Source: Nisaea sp.
GTDB taxonomy: Bacteria; Pseudomonadota; Alphaproteobacteria; Thalassobaculales; Thalassobaculaceae
Assembly (NCBI RefSeq): GCF_039990255.1
Contig: NZ_JBDXGG010000016.1
Location: forward strand, 94,958-158,957
DNA length: 64,000 nt
Direction of reading: 5' to 3'
The notes beneath the pieces were generated by a model, which saw only the letters and a list, made by a program, of their open reading frames with translations, did no database searches and had not been told where the DNA came from. Positions within the stretch are counted from its first letter, which is position 1; each line of letters starts with the position of its first letter. Positions 10,308-21,010 of the stretch are shown piece by piece. The position numbers and the translations under genes were made by a program.

Positions 10308-11252
10308 TTAACTCGCCAACTCGCGGGGCAGCTTGAAATGAACATCCTCGCGAGCAACCGTCACCTCTTCAATTGTGACAGTACGATGAGCCCGGCAGGC
10401 CTCGATCACCTCGTCGACAAGAATTTCAGGCGCGGAAGCTCCGGCGGTAATGCCAAGCACCGTGACATCGGCCATCCAGTCCCAGTCGATATCGACGGCA
10501 CGCTGGATCAGCAGCGCCTTGTCGCAGCCGCGCCCCTTGGCGACCTCCACCAGACGCTTGGAGTTGGAGGAGTTCGGCGCACCGATGACGACCATACCGT
10601 CGCAGCGCTCCGCGATCGCCTTGACCGCTTCCTGACGGTTCGTCGTGGCGTAGCAGATGTCTTCCTTGGCTGGCCCGACCATCTTCGGAAACCGGCTCTG
10701 CAGCACCGAAACAATCTCAGCCGTATCGTCCACCGACAGCGTGGTCTGCGTGATGAAGGCGAGATCCGGATCGCCCTCGAAGCTGACCGTCTCGGCATCC
10801 GCGCGGGTTTCCACCAGGGTGATCGCACCGTCCGGCACCTGCCCCATGGTGCCGACCACTTCAGGGTGGCCGGCATGGCCGATCAGGATGATGTGGCTGC
10901 CCTTCTTCAGGTGCCGCTCGGCTTCCAGATGCACTTTGCTGACCAGCGGACAGGTGGCATCAAGATACACCATGTTGCGCCGCTCCGCCTCGGCCGGAAC
11001 GGATTTCGGCACGCCATGCGCGCTGAACACCACCGGCGCGTCTGGCGGCACCTGGTCCAGTTCCTCGACGAAGATCGCGCCCTTTTTTTCCAGACCCTCG
11101 ACCACAAAGCGGTTATGCACGATCTCGTGCCGGACATAGACCGGCGCGCCGTACTTCTCGAGGCTGCGCTCGACGATCTGGATTGCTCGGTCAACGCCCG
11201 CACAGAATCCACGCGGCGTGGCCAGCAGAATGGTGAGATCGGATTTGCTCAT
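10308..11252 (-). CDS. ispH: 4-hydroxy-3-methylbut-2-enyl diphosphate reductase
   Basis: '[15 protein letters not shown]', 'HEIVHN', '[11 protein letters not shown]' and 'SSNSKRL' are IspH/LytB hallmarks. The likely start is M46 (MSKSDL) at 11252. Confidence 0.95.
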   Translation of the reverse strand: MSKSDLTILLATPRGFCAGVDRAIQIVERSLEKYGAPVYVRHEIVHNRFVVEGLEKKGAIFVEELDQVPPDAPVVFSAHGVPKSVPAEAERRNMVYLDATCPLVSKVHLEAERHLKKGSHIILIGHAGHPEVVGTMGQVPDGAITLVETRADAETVSFEGDPDLAFITQTTLSVDDTAEIVSVLQSRFPKMVGPAKEDICYATTNRQEAVKAIAERCDGMVVIGAPNSSNSKRLVEVAKGRGCDKALLIQRAVDIDWDWMADVTVLGITAGASAPEILVDEVIEACRAHRTVTIEEVTVAREDVHFKLPRELAS

Positions 11253-11375
11253 GCCCGCGATGTAGTCCCTTGGTAAAAACTTGTCCATAGAAGACAGAAG
11301 CGCGCCATGCCCATTTGCGGGTCTGGTATCTAACGAGTAGTGTGTGCGCCGACTGAACCCTAGCAGAGCTGAGCC

Positions 11376-11918
11376 ATGTTTTCTCAATCGCGTTTCCGCT
11401 TTCCGACCCGCGCCTTGCTGCCGCTCGTGCTGCTAGCGTTCGTGGCTGCCTGCTCCAGTGACGAGGGCCCGCCCCCGGGCTGCCCGGTGACCAATTTCGT
11501 GAACGATCTAGATCATGTGACGGTCTTTACCGACAACACTGTTGGCGATCTCACCGACGTCCGATTCGACGCTCAACTGACCAGCCTCAGCGCGACCTGC
11601 AACTTCGAGAGCGATGAGCTGGCGTTGGATATCGCATTCCAGATCATCGCGGCCCGCGGCCCAGCCAAAAAGGATAGTCAAGCGGCGGTGACCTACTTCA
11701 TTGCCATCGCGGACGAGACCGGTGCGGTCATCGCCAAACAGACCTTCGACAACACCCTGCCTTTCAAGGGCAATCTCCGCCGCGTTGCCATCAAGGACGA
11801 ATTCGAGCCGACGATCCCCTATCCAGCGGACAGGAACATTCTGAACGACTACCGAGTGCTGATCGGCTTCCAGCTCACCCCGGAACAGCTCACCTACAAT
11901 CGGTCGCGCCGGCGTTAG
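11376..11918 (+). CDS. hypothetical lipoprotein
   Basis: Signal peptide with a lipobox-like '[10 protein letters not shown]'. 180 aa. I recognise no catalytic motif. Confidence 0.55.
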   Translation: MFSQSRFRFPTRALLPLVLLAFVAACSSDEGPPPGCPVTNFVNDLDHVTVFTDNTVGDLTDVRFDAQLTSLSATCNFESDELALDIAFQIIAARGPAKKDSQAAVTYFIAIADETGAVIAKQTFDNTLPFKGNLRRVAIKDEFEPTIPYPADRNILNDYRVLIGFQLTPEQLTYNRSRRR

Positions 11919-12802
11919 GTTGGCTCTGGTGTGTCCTTCACCTCCGCCATTAACCAGCGGATGAAGTCACGAACCGCCTTGCTGTTGTCCTTATGGGTCT
12001 GGACATAGTATCCGCCCATCGAGACTGGCCTGTATCCTCTAATTGGAACCAGCGTCCCATAACGAAGCTCACGCGCGATCATCGCCGCCGGAGCCAGGGT
12101 CATGCCATATCCGGCCACGGCGCCATGAAGCGCTGCATCGTCAATTTCGAAACCGTCGGCGAGGATGAGTTCGTCGAACCGGAGTCCAACCGCGTTCGAC
12201 CACAACTTCCAGTCCCAGTTGTCAGTGGAGCATTGCAGTGCTGGGATCAAGGCAAGACTGTTCTCTTCCCCGTCAACTGATCGCAGCAGCCCGGGGGAGG
12301 CAACCGGCACACAATCGTCCCGGAGCAGCAGTTCGGCTTCCGGTGTTGGGTCGTCGATCCGATGATAGGTGATCGCCAGATCGATTCCATATTCCAAGCG
12401 AAATCGATTGTGGTGCGATGTCTCAACGCGCACCTGTGTTTCCGGATGGTTCGCCTTGAACCGCTCCAGCGCCGGGATCAGCCAGCGGATGGCAAATGAC
12501 AGCGGCGCCCGAACCACGACCTGCCACGCATCCCGCGTGAGAGCGGCGACCGCGCGGTCGATTTCCTCAATCGCGCCCGCCGCGCCCCGGAAGAGACGCT
12601 CACCCTGCGCCGTCGGCGTGATCGAATTGTTGCCGCGCTCGAACAGCGGCAGACCTATTTCCAGTTCGAGTTTGCGGAGTTGGTGGCTTACCGCGCTCGG
12701 CGTCACATGGAGCTCTTCGGCCGCTCCGGTGATGGCGCGGTGGCGCACGACGGCAGCGAACACTCTGATGGCATTCAAGGAAATCCGGCTCTGATGCTGC
12801 AT
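11915..12802 (-). CDS. LysR family transcriptional regulator
   Basis: N-terminal wHTH 'ITGAAEELHVTPSAVSHQLRKLELEIGLPLFER' followed by a LysR substrate-binding-like C-terminal domain. 295 aa. Confidence 0.9.
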   Translation of the reverse strand: MQHQSRISLNAIRVFAAVVRHRAITGAAEELHVTPSAVSHQLRKLELEIGLPLFERGNNSITPTAQGERLFRGAAGAIEEIDRAVAALTRDAWQVVVRAPLSFAIRWLIPALERFKANHPETQVRVETSHHNRFRLEYGIDLAITYHRIDDPTPEAELLLRDDCVPVASPGLLRSVDGEENSLALIPALQCSTDNWDWKLWSNAVGLRFDELILADGFEIDDAALHGAVAGYGMTLAPAAMIARELRYGTLVPIRGYRPVSMGGYYVQTHKDNSKAVRDFIRWLMAEVKDTPEPT

Positions 12803-12893
12803 GACTTTTCCTCAACCAAAAGACATTTTCATCCTTTGATATCAGATACACTAACTGAGCGGAAATCGGGTGCATCGCAAACAAGACAAGCGA
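12776..12893. repeat. copy A of a ~117-bp diverged duplication (LysR 5' end plus divergent promoter region)
   Basis: Gapless alignment to 14398..14514, about 80% identical by hand count. Example: 'cattttcatc.tttgat.tcagataca' and 'atcgcaaacaagacaagcg' are shared. Confidence 0.8.
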
Positions 12894-12947
12894 CCGGAGT
12901 CCTGGCCACGCGGCAAGGCCCTACCGGAAGCGGAAAGCAGAACGCCG

Positions 12948-14177
12948 CTAGCCGCGCGCGCCCACGATCAAGTCGATCAGCCGGTTGAACTCCCGCCTGC
13001 CGGTGAACCGGTGCTCCTGACAGAATGCGCTGTTCAGACCAGCCTTCGCGTAGCAATCCACCACAATTTTCTCCAGCGCCGCGTTACCGTCCATGCCCTC
13101 CCTCTGGATCGACAGCCACCTTTTCAGGAATTCCGAGGTATCGGACTGGTGGACGATCACGGTTTTCCAGGCGGGAATGACGAACACCGTCTGCTGGCCT
13201 AGCCCCCAGGCGAAGAAGCTTCCCTCGGGCAACCCGGTGTCGCGCGACGGAATCCACCAGAGATAGCCATGCCCGGCGCGCAACCCCTCGATCCCCGTCT
13301 CCGTGTAGTCCGCCGTGATGCGATCAACCCAGGATGCCGGCATGACGGAACGGCCATCCATGACGCCCCGGTCGACAAAGAGCTGCCCAAAACGGGCGAG
13401 ATCACGCGCCGAGAGCCAGAACATGGCCGCCCGGTGCCGGGACAGATCCGGTGCCTCGCTATATGAGGCCGAGTCCAAGGTGAAGTCCTGCATGCCCAGC
13501 GGTTCGGCGATGCCGTCACGAAACGCTTCGGCGACCGAAAGGCCCGTGCGCCGCTCGAAGATCGTCGTCAGGGCGTTGTAGTCCCAGTTGTTATATGCCC
13601 AGATCGTGCCCGGCTGGTTTTCCCCCTTGCCAAGCCGGCGTTCCTTTTCCGCGGTCAAACCGCCTTCCGCAGCGGCGGGGTGATTGATCCCGGACACGCT
13701 CTTCAGAAGATGCAGCACCGTTGCCTGCCGCTGTAGCGGGGTGAGCGGCCCCGGGCCGTCGTCAATGCCGAGTTCCGCGAGCGTCGCATCCAGCGGGATC
13801 TCGTTCGGCCCATCGCCCACATGCTGCCCGACGACGGCACTGAGGATCGCCTTGCGGGCGGAGTGGATGCTGTACGGCACCGTCAGGTCGCCGAGCGACG
13901 CGACGATCTCCCCTTCGGTCACGACGATGAACGAATCGACACTAAGCCGGGTCAGATAGTCGAGGGTCCGGTCCAGCCCCTCCGACGACCAGCCGAGAGC
14001 ACCGGCGCGGTCCGGATCCAACCGGCTGGTCGGAACATCGCGCGGCGCAAAGGGCGACAACGGACGGCCGGACGAAAGCCCACTTTCGCCCGTGGCGACG
14101 AGATATCCGAGGATCACGGCGGGCACCAGTAGCAGGGCTGCGATTATCGAGAGGCGACGGCGGGTCATGCTGCTCAT
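12948..14177 (-). CDS. serine hydrolase (beta-lactamase / PBP4*-like family)
   Basis: N-terminal signal/anchor 'LSIIAALLLVPAVILG'. SxxK motif 'SARK' sits in 'YSIHSARKAILS'. 409 aa. Confidence 0.75.
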   Translation of the reverse strand: MSSMTRRRLSIIAALLLVPAVILGYLVATGESGLSSGRPLSPFAPRDVPTSRLDPDRAGALGWSSEGLDRTLDYLTRLSVDSFIVVTEGEIVASLGDLTVPYSIHSARKAILSAVVGQHVGDGPNEIPLDATLAELGIDDGPGPLTPLQRQATVLHLLKSVSGINHPAAAEGGLTAEKERRLGKGENQPGTIWAYNNWDYNALTTIFERRTGLSVAEAFRDGIAEPLGMQDFTLDSASYSEAPDLSRHRAAMFWLSARDLARFGQLFVDRGVMDGRSVMPASWVDRITADYTETGIEGLRAGHGYLWWIPSRDTGLPEGSFFAWGLGQQTVFVIPAWKTVIVHQSDTSEFLKRWLSIQREGMDGNAALEKIVVDCYAKAGLNSAFCQEHRFTGRREFNRLIDLIVGARG

Positions 14178-14397
14178 CCCAGTAGCTGGAAGAAGACGCT
14201 TTGTCGGATTTCGTCTAATACGGGTGTTGCGCGCCGATCAGGACGCAAAAATGATCACGCAGGAAAGCGAATAACGTCAATTCTGATGTAGCCGGGAGCT
14301 TCATCAGGCATCCCCTAAATATTATGTGGACGCCAGTGCACTTGATCAAGTGACATGTGGATTGTAGCGCATCCCGCGTAGGAGCGGCGACAGCGGC

Positions 14398-14424
14398 CAA
14401 TGAAACGCAGCCCTGACGCTGCAT
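14398..14424 (-). pseudogene. remnant of a LysR-type regulator 5' end (first ~9 codons only)
   Basis: 'ATGCAGCGTCAGGGCTGCGTTTCATTG' versus the intact LysR start 'ATGCAGCATCAGAGCCGGATTTCCTTG' (20/27 nt). Similarity is lost further downstream (ORF 14215..14424). Confidence 0.45.
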
Positions 14425-14514
14425 GAATTTTTCTCAATCAAAATCCATTTTCATCATTTGATGTCAGATACATTTCTTGGGCAAAAACCGGGTGTATCGC
14501 AAACAAGACAAGCG
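14398..14514. repeat. copy B of the ~117-bp diverged duplication
   Basis: See copy A. This copy sits directly upstream of the DMT transporter gene. Confidence 0.8.
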
Positions 14515-14523
14515 CCCAATGCC

Positions 14524-15393
14524 ATGCATTCCCGATCCAATGCCCTCGCAATCGCCGCTATTGCCTGCTCGACAGGAATCTGGGCGTTTATCTTCGCCTC
14601 GGCCAGGTTCGTCGACGGCGCAGCAACCGCACCACAGATCTGTCTCCTGAGATATATCGGCGGCGCGATTACACTCCTGATCATGGCACTATCCTCTCGG
14701 CAGCGGCTGTCAACCTATCGCAGCCCGTCCGTAAAAGGACATCTGGCGCGCGCCCTTTGCGGCTGCTTCGGCGCGCTCGCGATCATCTATGCATCGGCCG
14801 CAATGCCGGTCGTGGACGCAAGCGGAATCGGACTGCTGTATGTCGTGATCATGATCGCGCTCAGCGTTTTCATTTTCGGGGACCGTATCAACGGGTGGCG
14901 AGCCGCTGGCATCGCCCTTTGTTGCGCAGGTGCCTTTGCAATGCTCTGGTCCCGGGGCAGTTTCCGGTCTCTTGATCTCGCTTATATTGGTCCGGCTTCC
15001 ATCGCGCTTCTCGGCGCACTCCTGCTCGCCCTCGAAGGCATCCTGATCAAAGGGCTCTCGCAGAACGACAGCGCTGTGACGGTCATGCTTCATGTGAATG
15101 TCTTCGGTCTGGTGATGATGGCGATCCCGGCGGCGGTCACCTGGCATCCCCTCGGGATCTCTGACATCACCATGCTGCTTTTGCTCGGACCGCTCGCCAT
15201 TCTCGGCCAGTTCCTGACGATACTCGCTTACCGGCACGCCGATCTGTCTCTTGTCGGGCCTTTTGAATACAGCTGGCTAATCTTTGCTGCCCTGATCGGT
15301 TTTGCTTTCGGGGAAATCCCGCCTACCGGAGTGTTTCTCGGCGGCGCCCTGATGATAGCGGGCGGGGTCGTTCTGTCAGGTCGGCGCGCCTGA
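14524..15393 (+). CDS. DMT family transporter (EamA-like)
   Basis: About 10 hydrophobic helices with duplicated EamA-like halves. The ORF opens at 14458; the ATG at 14524 (MHSRSNAL) is a plausible start. Confidence 0.75.
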   Translation: MHSRSNALAIAAIACSTGIWAFIFASARFVDGAATAPQICLLRYIGGAITLLIMALSSRQRLSTYRSPSVKGHLARALCGCFGALAIIYASAAMPVVDASGIGLLYVVIMIALSVFIFGDRINGWRAAGIALCCAGAFAMLWSRGSFRSLDLAYIGPASIALLGALLLALEGILIKGLSQNDSAVTVMLHVNVFGLVMMAIPAAVTWHPLGISDITMLLLLGPLAILGQFLTILAYRHADLSLVGPFEYSWLIFAALIGFAFGEIPPTGVFLGGALMIAGGVVLSGRRA

Positions 15394-15453
15394 TTGCCAA
15401 GGCCCCTTTCCTTTTTCAGCGACGACGACTATTGTCTCGCGACTACCGACGAC

Positions 15454-15632
15454 CCTCAAGGGAGAGACCGGCCACATGGTCGGCGCCGAAGGAGCAACCG
15501 CCCCCGGAAACTCTCAGGCAAAAGGACCTTGAGGCGAGGAACCTCTGGAAAGCAGGCGGGAAACCGCCTCACCCACGGTGAAAGCCCGGCACAGAGTTCG
15601 CCGGGTGAATCTCTCAGGTTAGCGACAGAGGG
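15454..15632 (+). promoter_or_regulatory. tandem glycine riboswitch (two aptamers)
   Basis: Aptamer 1 has P1 cctcaag(15454-60)/cttgagg(15528-34), with 'GGAGAG...CGCCGAAGGAGCAA...CTCTCAGGCAAAAGGAC'. Aptamer 2 has P1 cctctg(15542-47)/cagagg(15626-31), with 'CTCTCAGGTTAGCGACAGAGG'. It lies directly upstream of gcvT. Confidence 0.9.
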
Positions 15633-15683
15633 GGCAGGTTCCGGCGTTTTGCCGGGGTGCCTTTACGCTGACCGGAGAGTGCC

Positions 15684-16781
15684 ATGACGCAACAAACCCT
15701 TCTCAAGACTCCCCTGCACGGACTGCATGTCGAGCTCGGCGCCAAGATGGTGCCGTTCGCCGGCTATGACATGCCTGTTCAGTACCCCGCCGGCGTCAAG
15801 GCAGAGCATCTGCATACCCGCGCCAAGGCCGGGCTGTTCGACGTCTCCCATATGGGGCAGGTTAAACTCTCCGGAGCCGTTGCGGCGCGCGATCTGGAAC
15901 GGCTGGTGCCAGGCGATCTCGATGGGCTCTCGGTCGGCCAGATGCGCTACAGCATGTTCACAAACGATGCTGGTGGTATTCTCGACGACCTGATGGTCTG
16001 CCGGATCGAGGACGGGTTGATGGTCGTCGTCAACGCAGCCTGCAAGGACGCCGATATCGCCCATATGCGGGCGCACCTTTCCTCCGAAATTACCGTTCTT
16101 GAAGACCGGGCTTTGATCGCGCTGCAGGGCCCCGGCGCCGAAATGGCGCTGTCAGCCCTTGCCCCCGCTGCCGCGACGCTTAGCTTCATGACCGGCGCGG
16201 AGATGGATGTGGACGGGGCCGCCTGCTTCGTCACCCGCTCCGGCTATACCGGCGAGGACGGCTACGAGATTTCCGTACCCGGCGATCAGGCCGACGCACT
16301 TGCCCGCAAGTTGTTGGCCCAGAACGACGTGGAAGCCATCGGACTTGGCGCCCGGGATTCCCTGCGCCTCGAAGCAGGCCTTTGCCTGTACGGTCACGAT
16401 ATCGACGAGACGACAACACCAGTCGAGGCTGCGCTTACCTGGTCGATCGGCAAGCGCCGGCGCGAGGAAGGCAGCTTTCCCGGAGCCGACATCATTCTCG
16501 ATCAGATCAAGAACGGCGCCCCGCGCAAGCGGGTCGGCATCCTGCCGGACGGACGGGCACCCGCCCGCGAAGGCACCGAAATCCAGGCGCCCGACGGCAC
16601 CAGCATCGGCACCATAACCAGTGGCGGCTTCGGGCCGAGCCTGGAGGCTCCGCTGGCCATGGGATACGTCACCACCGGGCACGCAGCCGCCGGTAGCGCT
16701 GTAAATGTTGTCGTTCGGGGCAAAGCTCTGCCCGCCGCGACCGCCAAAATGCCATTCGTCCCGAATGGCTACAAACGTTAA
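15684..16781 (+). CDS. gcvT: glycine cleavage system aminomethyltransferase T
   Basis: '[26 protein letters not shown]' and '[11 protein letters not shown]'. 365 aa. GGAGAG RBS. Confidence 0.95.
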   Translation: MTQQTLLKTPLHGLHVELGAKMVPFAGYDMPVQYPAGVKAEHLHTRAKAGLFDVSHMGQVKLSGAVAARDLERLVPGDLDGLSVGQMRYSMFTNDAGGILDDLMVCRIEDGLMVVVNAACKDADIAHMRAHLSSEITVLEDRALIALQGPGAEMALSALAPAAATLSFMTGAEMDVDGAACFVTRSGYTGEDGYEISVPGDQADALARKLLAQNDVEAIGLGARDSLRLEAGLCLYGHDIDETTTPVEAALTWSIGKRRREEGSFPGADIILDQIKNGAPRKRVGILPDGRAPAREGTEIQAPDGTSIGTITSGGFGPSLEAPLAMGYVTTGHAAAGSAVNVVVRGKALPAATAKMPFVPNGYKR

Positions 16782-16806
16782 AACAAAGCACCAGAGGGGA
16801 TCAAAA

Positions 16807-17178
16807 ATGAGCGAACGTCGCTTTACCGAAGACCATGAATGGATCGATCTTGACGGCGAGATCGGCACCGTGGGGATTACCGGATTCGCCCAGGAACAGC
16901 TTGGCGAAGTCGTATTCGTGGAAGTCCCGGATGTCGGCAAGACCGTCTCCAAGGGGGATGAAACCGCCGTCGTCGAATCCGTGAAAGCCGCAAGCGAGCT
17001 TTACGCACCAGTCACAGGCGAAGTGGTCGAGGCCAATGCGGCATTGGCCGACACGCCGGACCTGGTGAACAGCGATCCCGAGGGCGCTGCCTGGTTTTAC
17101 AAGATCAAGATTTCCGACAAGGCCGAGTTCGACGCCCTGATGGACGCCGACGCCTACAAGGCGCACGCGGAGGCCTGA
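16807..17178 (+). CDS. gcvH: glycine cleavage system protein H
   Basis: '[32 protein letters not shown]' and the lipoyl-lysine context '[14 protein letters not shown]'. The start is the ATG at 16807 within ORF 16705..17178. Confidence 0.95.
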   Translation: MSERRFTEDHEWIDLDGEIGTVGITGFAQEQLGEVVFVEVPDVGKTVSKGDETAVVESVKAASELYAPVTGEVVEANAALADTPDLVNSDPEGAAWFYKIKISDKAEFDALMDADAYKAHAEA

Positions 17179-17182
17179 GGCC

Positions 17183-17215
17183 GGGCGCCAGACCAGCATT
17201 CGGTCTGTGGCGCCC
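17183..17215 (+). promoter_or_regulatory. intercistronic GC-rich hairpin between gcvH and gcvP
   Basis: gggcgccagacc / ggtctg(tg)gcgccc stem with a 7-nt loop. There is no U-tail, so it is more likely a stabiliser or attenuator than a terminator. Confidence 0.35.
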
Positions 17216-17267
17216 CCTCCCACTTAAAGAAAGACGTACGGCCCTCGGGCCGGAAGGAGCAGAAGAG

Positions 17268-20153
17268 ATGATGGACAACAGATTGGCCTTCGCCGAACAG
17301 GAAGAAAGCGAAGAGTTCATTCGTCGTCATATCGGCCCTGGCCCGGAAGATCAGGGAACCATGCTGAAGGCGCTCGGCTATGAGAGTCTCGGCGCCCTGA
17401 TCGATGCCGCCGTTCCGGCAAAGATCCGTGTCCGCGAGCCGCTCGACCTGCCGCCCGCCCAGACCGAAAGTGCGGTGCTGCAGAAGCTCCGGCAATATGC
17501 CAACACCAATACAGTGAACCGCACCCTGATTGGCATGGGCTATTACGGCACCCGCGTACCGGCCGTTATTCAGCGCAACATTCTGGAAAATCCGGCCTGG
17601 TATACGGCCTATACGCCGTACCAGCCGGAGATCAGCCAGGGCCGTCTGGAAATGCTGCTGAACTTCCAAACCATGATCGGCGACCTGACCGGCCTGGAAA
17701 TCGCCAACGCCTCTCTGCTCGATGAGGGTACGGCAGCTGCGGAAGCCATGGCTTTCTGTCACAAGGCGGCGAAGAACAAGGGCAATGTGTTCTTTGTCTC
17801 GCGAAACTGCCACCCGCAGACCATCGACATTCTTCAAACCCGCGCCGCACCGGCCGGGTTGACCGTGATGGTCGGTGACGAGAACGAGCCTCTGCCGGAA
17901 GATGCCTTCGCTGTCCTGCTGCAATATCCAGACACGAACGGCGCCGTGCATGATTACGCCGCCATCGTCGAGAAGGCCCACGCACAGGGTGCGCTTGCAG
18001 TGGTCGCGGCGGACCTGCTGGCCCTGACCCACCTCACCCCTCCGGGCGAGTTCGGTGCGGATGTCGCCATCGGCACCAGCCAGCGCTTCGGCGTGCCGCT
18101 CGGCTTCGGCGGCCCGCACGCCGCCTATTTCGCAACCAAGGACGCATACAAGCGCTCGATCCCGGGCCGGATCGTCGGCGTTTCGGTGGATAAGAATGGC
18201 GACCCTGCCTACCGGCTCGCCCTGCAAACCCGCGAGCAGCATATCCGCCGTGAGAAGGCGACCAGCAACATCTGCACCGCCCAGGTCCTGCTTGCCGTCA
18301 TGGCGGCGGCCTATGCCTGCTATCACGGGCCGGTCGGCCTGATGAAAATCGGCCGCCGGGTGCACCGCCGGACTGCGATCCTGGCGCAGGGCCTGCGCGA
18401 GCTTGGCTACACAATTGCGCACGAGAATTTCTTCGACACCATTATCGTGCAGACCGACGACTGGACCGGCTCCGTCATCGAGGCCGCCCGCATCGAAGGC
18501 GTCAATCTGCGCATTTTCGAGAACAGTGTCGGCATCTCTCTGGACGAGACCTGCACCCGTGAGCTGGTCGAGCGTCTCTGGGCCATGATGGCCTTCGACA
18601 GCATGAAGGAACTGACCTACGAGGCCGTCGCCGAACGCACCCCTGACGCCATTCCGTCGAAGCTGGAACGCAGCTCCGAGTTTCTGACCCACCCCGCCTT
18701 CAACAGCTATCACTCCGAGACCGAAATGCTGCGCTACCTGCGCCGTCTTGCGGACAAGGACGTGGCTCTGGACCGGTCCATGATCCCGCTCGGCTCCTGC
18801 ACCATGAAGCTGAACGCGACCACGGAAATGATCCCGGTTACCTGGGCATCCTTCTCCGATATCCATCCGTTTGCGCCGCGCGATCAGGTCGAAGGCTATC
18901 ACCTGATGATTGCCGAGCTGGAGCGTATGCTGGCGGAAATCACCGGCTACGCCGCCGTCTCCCTGCAACCGAATGCAGGCTCACAGGGTGAATATGCCGG
19001 TCTTCTGGTAATCAGCGCCTATCATGAGAGCCGGGGCGAGGGGCATCGCAATATCTGCCTGATTCCAAGTTCCGCGCACGGCACCAATCCAGCTTCCGCC
19101 GCGATGGCTGGCATGAAAGTCGTGGTCGTGAAATGCGACGATGACGGCAATATCGATATGGGCGACCTGAAAGCCAAGGTAGAGCAGCACAGCGACACTC
19201 TCGCCGCTCTGATGATCACCTATCCCTCAACCCACGGTGTGTTCGAAGAGACCGTGACCGAGATCTGCGATCTGATTCACGAGCATGGTGGTCAGGTCTA
19301 TATGGACGGCGCCAATCTCAATGCCATGGTCGGCATCTGCAAACCGGGCCAGTTCGGCTCCGACGTCAGCCACCTCAACCTGCACAAGACCTTCTGCATT
19401 CCGCATGGCGGCGGCGGCCCCGGCGTCGGCCCGATTGGCGTCGGCGCGCATCTGGCGCCGTTCCTGCCCGGCCACCGGAACATGAACGCCCAGGAAACCG
19501 CCATCGGGCCGGTCAGCGCCGCGCCATATGGCAGTGCCGGAATCCTGCCGATCTCCTGGAGCTATATTGAGCTGATGGGGGCGAACGGACTGAAGCAGGC
19601 AACCGAGGTCGCGATCCTGTCGGCCAACTATCTGGCCCACCGCCTCGAAGACCATTTCCCGGTGCTCTACAAGGGCAAGAACGGCTTGGTGGCGCATGAA
19701 TGCATCATCGACCTGCGCCCGCTGAAGGACGAAACCGGCGTTACCGTCGACGATGTCGCCAAGCGCCTGATGGATTACGGTTTCCACGCACCGACCATGT
19801 CCTTCCCGGTGCCCGGCACGCTGATGATCGAGCCGACCGAAAGCGAGCCGCTGGCCGAGCTGGAACGGTTCTGCGCAGCGATGATCGCCATCCGGCAGGA
19901 GGTACGGGAGATCGAGCAAGGCAAACTAACCCGCGATGAAAGCCCGCTGGCCCATGCCCCGCATACGGCAGGCGATCTCATGGCGGATGACTGGGACCGG
20001 AAATATTCCCGCGCCCAGGGCGCCTTCCCGGTCGACAGCCTGCGGGCCAACAAATACTGGCCACCGGTCGCCCGCATCGATCAGGCCTACGGCGACAAGC
20101 ACCTGATCTGCTCCTGCCCGCCACTGGAGGATTATCAAGAAGCGGCGGAGTAG
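17268..20153 (+). CDS. gcvP: glycine dehydrogenase (decarboxylating), single-chain P protein
   Basis: 961 aa. '[14 protein letters not shown]' is present, and the PLP-lysine context is '[19 protein letters not shown]'. Confidence 0.97.
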   Translation: MMDNRLAFAEQEESEEFIRRHIGPGPEDQGTMLKALGYESLGALIDAAVPAKIRVREPLDLPPAQTESAVLQKLRQYANTNTVNRTLIGMGYYGTRVPAVIQRNILENPAWYTAYTPYQPEISQGRLEMLLNFQTMIGDLTGLEIANASLLDEGTAAAEAMAFCHKAAKNKGNVFFVSRNCHPQTIDILQTRAAPAGLTVMVGDENEPLPEDAFAVLLQYPDTNGAVHDYAAIVEKAHAQGALAVVAADLLALTHLTPPGEFGADVAIGTSQRFGVPLGFGGPHAAYFATKDAYKRSIPGRIVGVSVDKNGDPAYRLALQTREQHIRREKATSNICTAQVLLAVMAAAYACYHGPVGLMKIGRRVHRRTAILAQGLRELGYTIAHENFFDTIIVQTDDWTGSVIEAARIEGVNLRIFENSVGISLDETCTRELVERLWAMMAFDSMKELTYEAVAERTPDAIPSKLERSSEFLTHPAFNSYHSETEMLRYLRRLADKDVALDRSMIPLGSCTMKLNATTEMIPVTWASFSDIHPFAPRDQVEGYHLMIAELERMLAEITGYAAVSLQPNAGSQGEYAGLLVISAYHESRGEGHRNICLIPSSAHGTNPASAAMAGMKVVVVKCDDDGNIDMGDLKAKVEQHSDTLAALMITYPSTHGVFEETVTEICDLIHEHGGQVYMDGANLNAMVGICKPGQFGSDVSHLNLHKTFCIPHGGGGPGVGPIGVGAHLAPFLPGHRNMNAQETAIGPVSAAPYGSAGILPISWSYIELMGANGLKQATEVAILSANYLAHRLEDHFPVLYKGKNGLVAHECIIDLRPLKDETGVTVDDVAKRLMDYGFHAPTMSFPVPGTLMIEPTESEPLAELERFCAAMIAIRQEVREIEQGKLTRDESPLAHAPHTAGDLMADDWDRKYSRAQGAFPVDSLRANKYWPPVARIDQAYGDKHLICSCPPLEDYQEAAE

Positions 20154-20620
20154 TGAGCAAGAGCGTCAACCGGGTCAAAGCTGCGGCCGAAGCGGCCGGG
20201 TTGAGCGTCGAGATCCTGCGCATGCCGGACTCGACACGGACCGCCGCCGAAGCCACGGCCGCCTGTGGCTGCGATGTGACACAGATCGTCAAATCGCTGA
20301 TCTTCAAGGGTGGCGAGACAGGCGCGCTGAAACTGCTGCTGGTCTCCGGCGCCAATCAGGTGGATCTGGAAAAGGCGGCCGCGCTGGTTGGCGAGCCGCT
20401 GGAGCGTGCCGACCTGAAGGAGGTTCGCAAGATCACCGGCTTTGCGATCGGCGGTGTCTCGCCGCTCGGGCATCTGACTCCGGTTGAGACATGGATGGAC
20501 GAGAGCTTGCTCAGCTTCGAAACGGTCTGGGCGGCAGCGGGTGCGCCCAACGCGGTCTTTGAGACTACCGGTGACGCACTTAAGAATGCTGCCGGTGCGA
20601 CTGTGGCTGCTCTCAGCTAA
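20153..20620 (+). CDS. YbaK/EbsC-type aminoacyl-tRNA deacylase domain protein
   Basis: 'TAAEATAACGCDVTQIVKSLIF' and 'GFAIGGVSPLGH' match the YbaK fold pattern. The GTG start overlaps the gcvP stop by 1 nt. Confidence 0.75.
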   Translation: MSKSVNRVKAAAEAAGLSVEILRMPDSTRTAAEATAACGCDVTQIVKSLIFKGGETGALKLLLVSGANQVDLEKAAALVGEPLERADLKEVRKITGFAIGGVSPLGHLTPVETWMDESLLSFETVWAAAGAPNAVFETTGDALKNAAGATVAALS

Positions 20621-20653
20621 CGACGAAACCTGCGTCCACCATGCGCTGACAGC

Positions 20654-20938
20654 TCAGAGCTTAAGGCCCTTGGCGTCTCCATCGTCTCCGCCCTGCTTGC
20701 CCGCAGCTCCATTCTTCGGATTGACCCGGCGGATGATGATGTCCCCGTTCGGCAGGACTTCAGGTGCTTCATATTGCGGGATTGAGGAGAAGAAAGCGCG
20801 CAGGCCGTCGAGCACCATCTGCGCCCCGCGTTCAATGGTATCCGCAGGCGGCTCTTCGGCAGCTCTGGCAGGACTTGTGGCAACAGCCAGGGACAAGGAC
20901 AGGCCAAGCAGTGCAGATAAAGGCAGTTTGGTCTTCAT
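20654..20938 (-). CDS. small secreted hypothetical protein
   Basis: 94 aa with a clear signal peptide 'MKTKLPLSALLGLSLSLAVATSPARA'. No motif recognised. Confidence 0.5.
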   Translation of the reverse strand: MKTKLPLSALLGLSLSLAVATSPARAAEEPPADTIERGAQMVLDGLRAFFSSIPQYEAPEVLPNGDIIIRRVNPKNGAAGKQGGDDGDAKGLKL

Positions 20939-21010
20939 GTACGACTCCTTTGTCAGGACGTCCTATCATAGACATGATTTAGCCGACAAAAAGGCGGGCA
21001 CAGGCTCGGC

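Noticed and set aside
14215-14424. 69-aa ORF as a possible small gene
   Set aside because: Only its first ~9 codons resemble the LysR start, as part of the duplicated segment. The rest has no LysR HTH similarity and no other motif. It is treated as a remnant rather than a functional gene.
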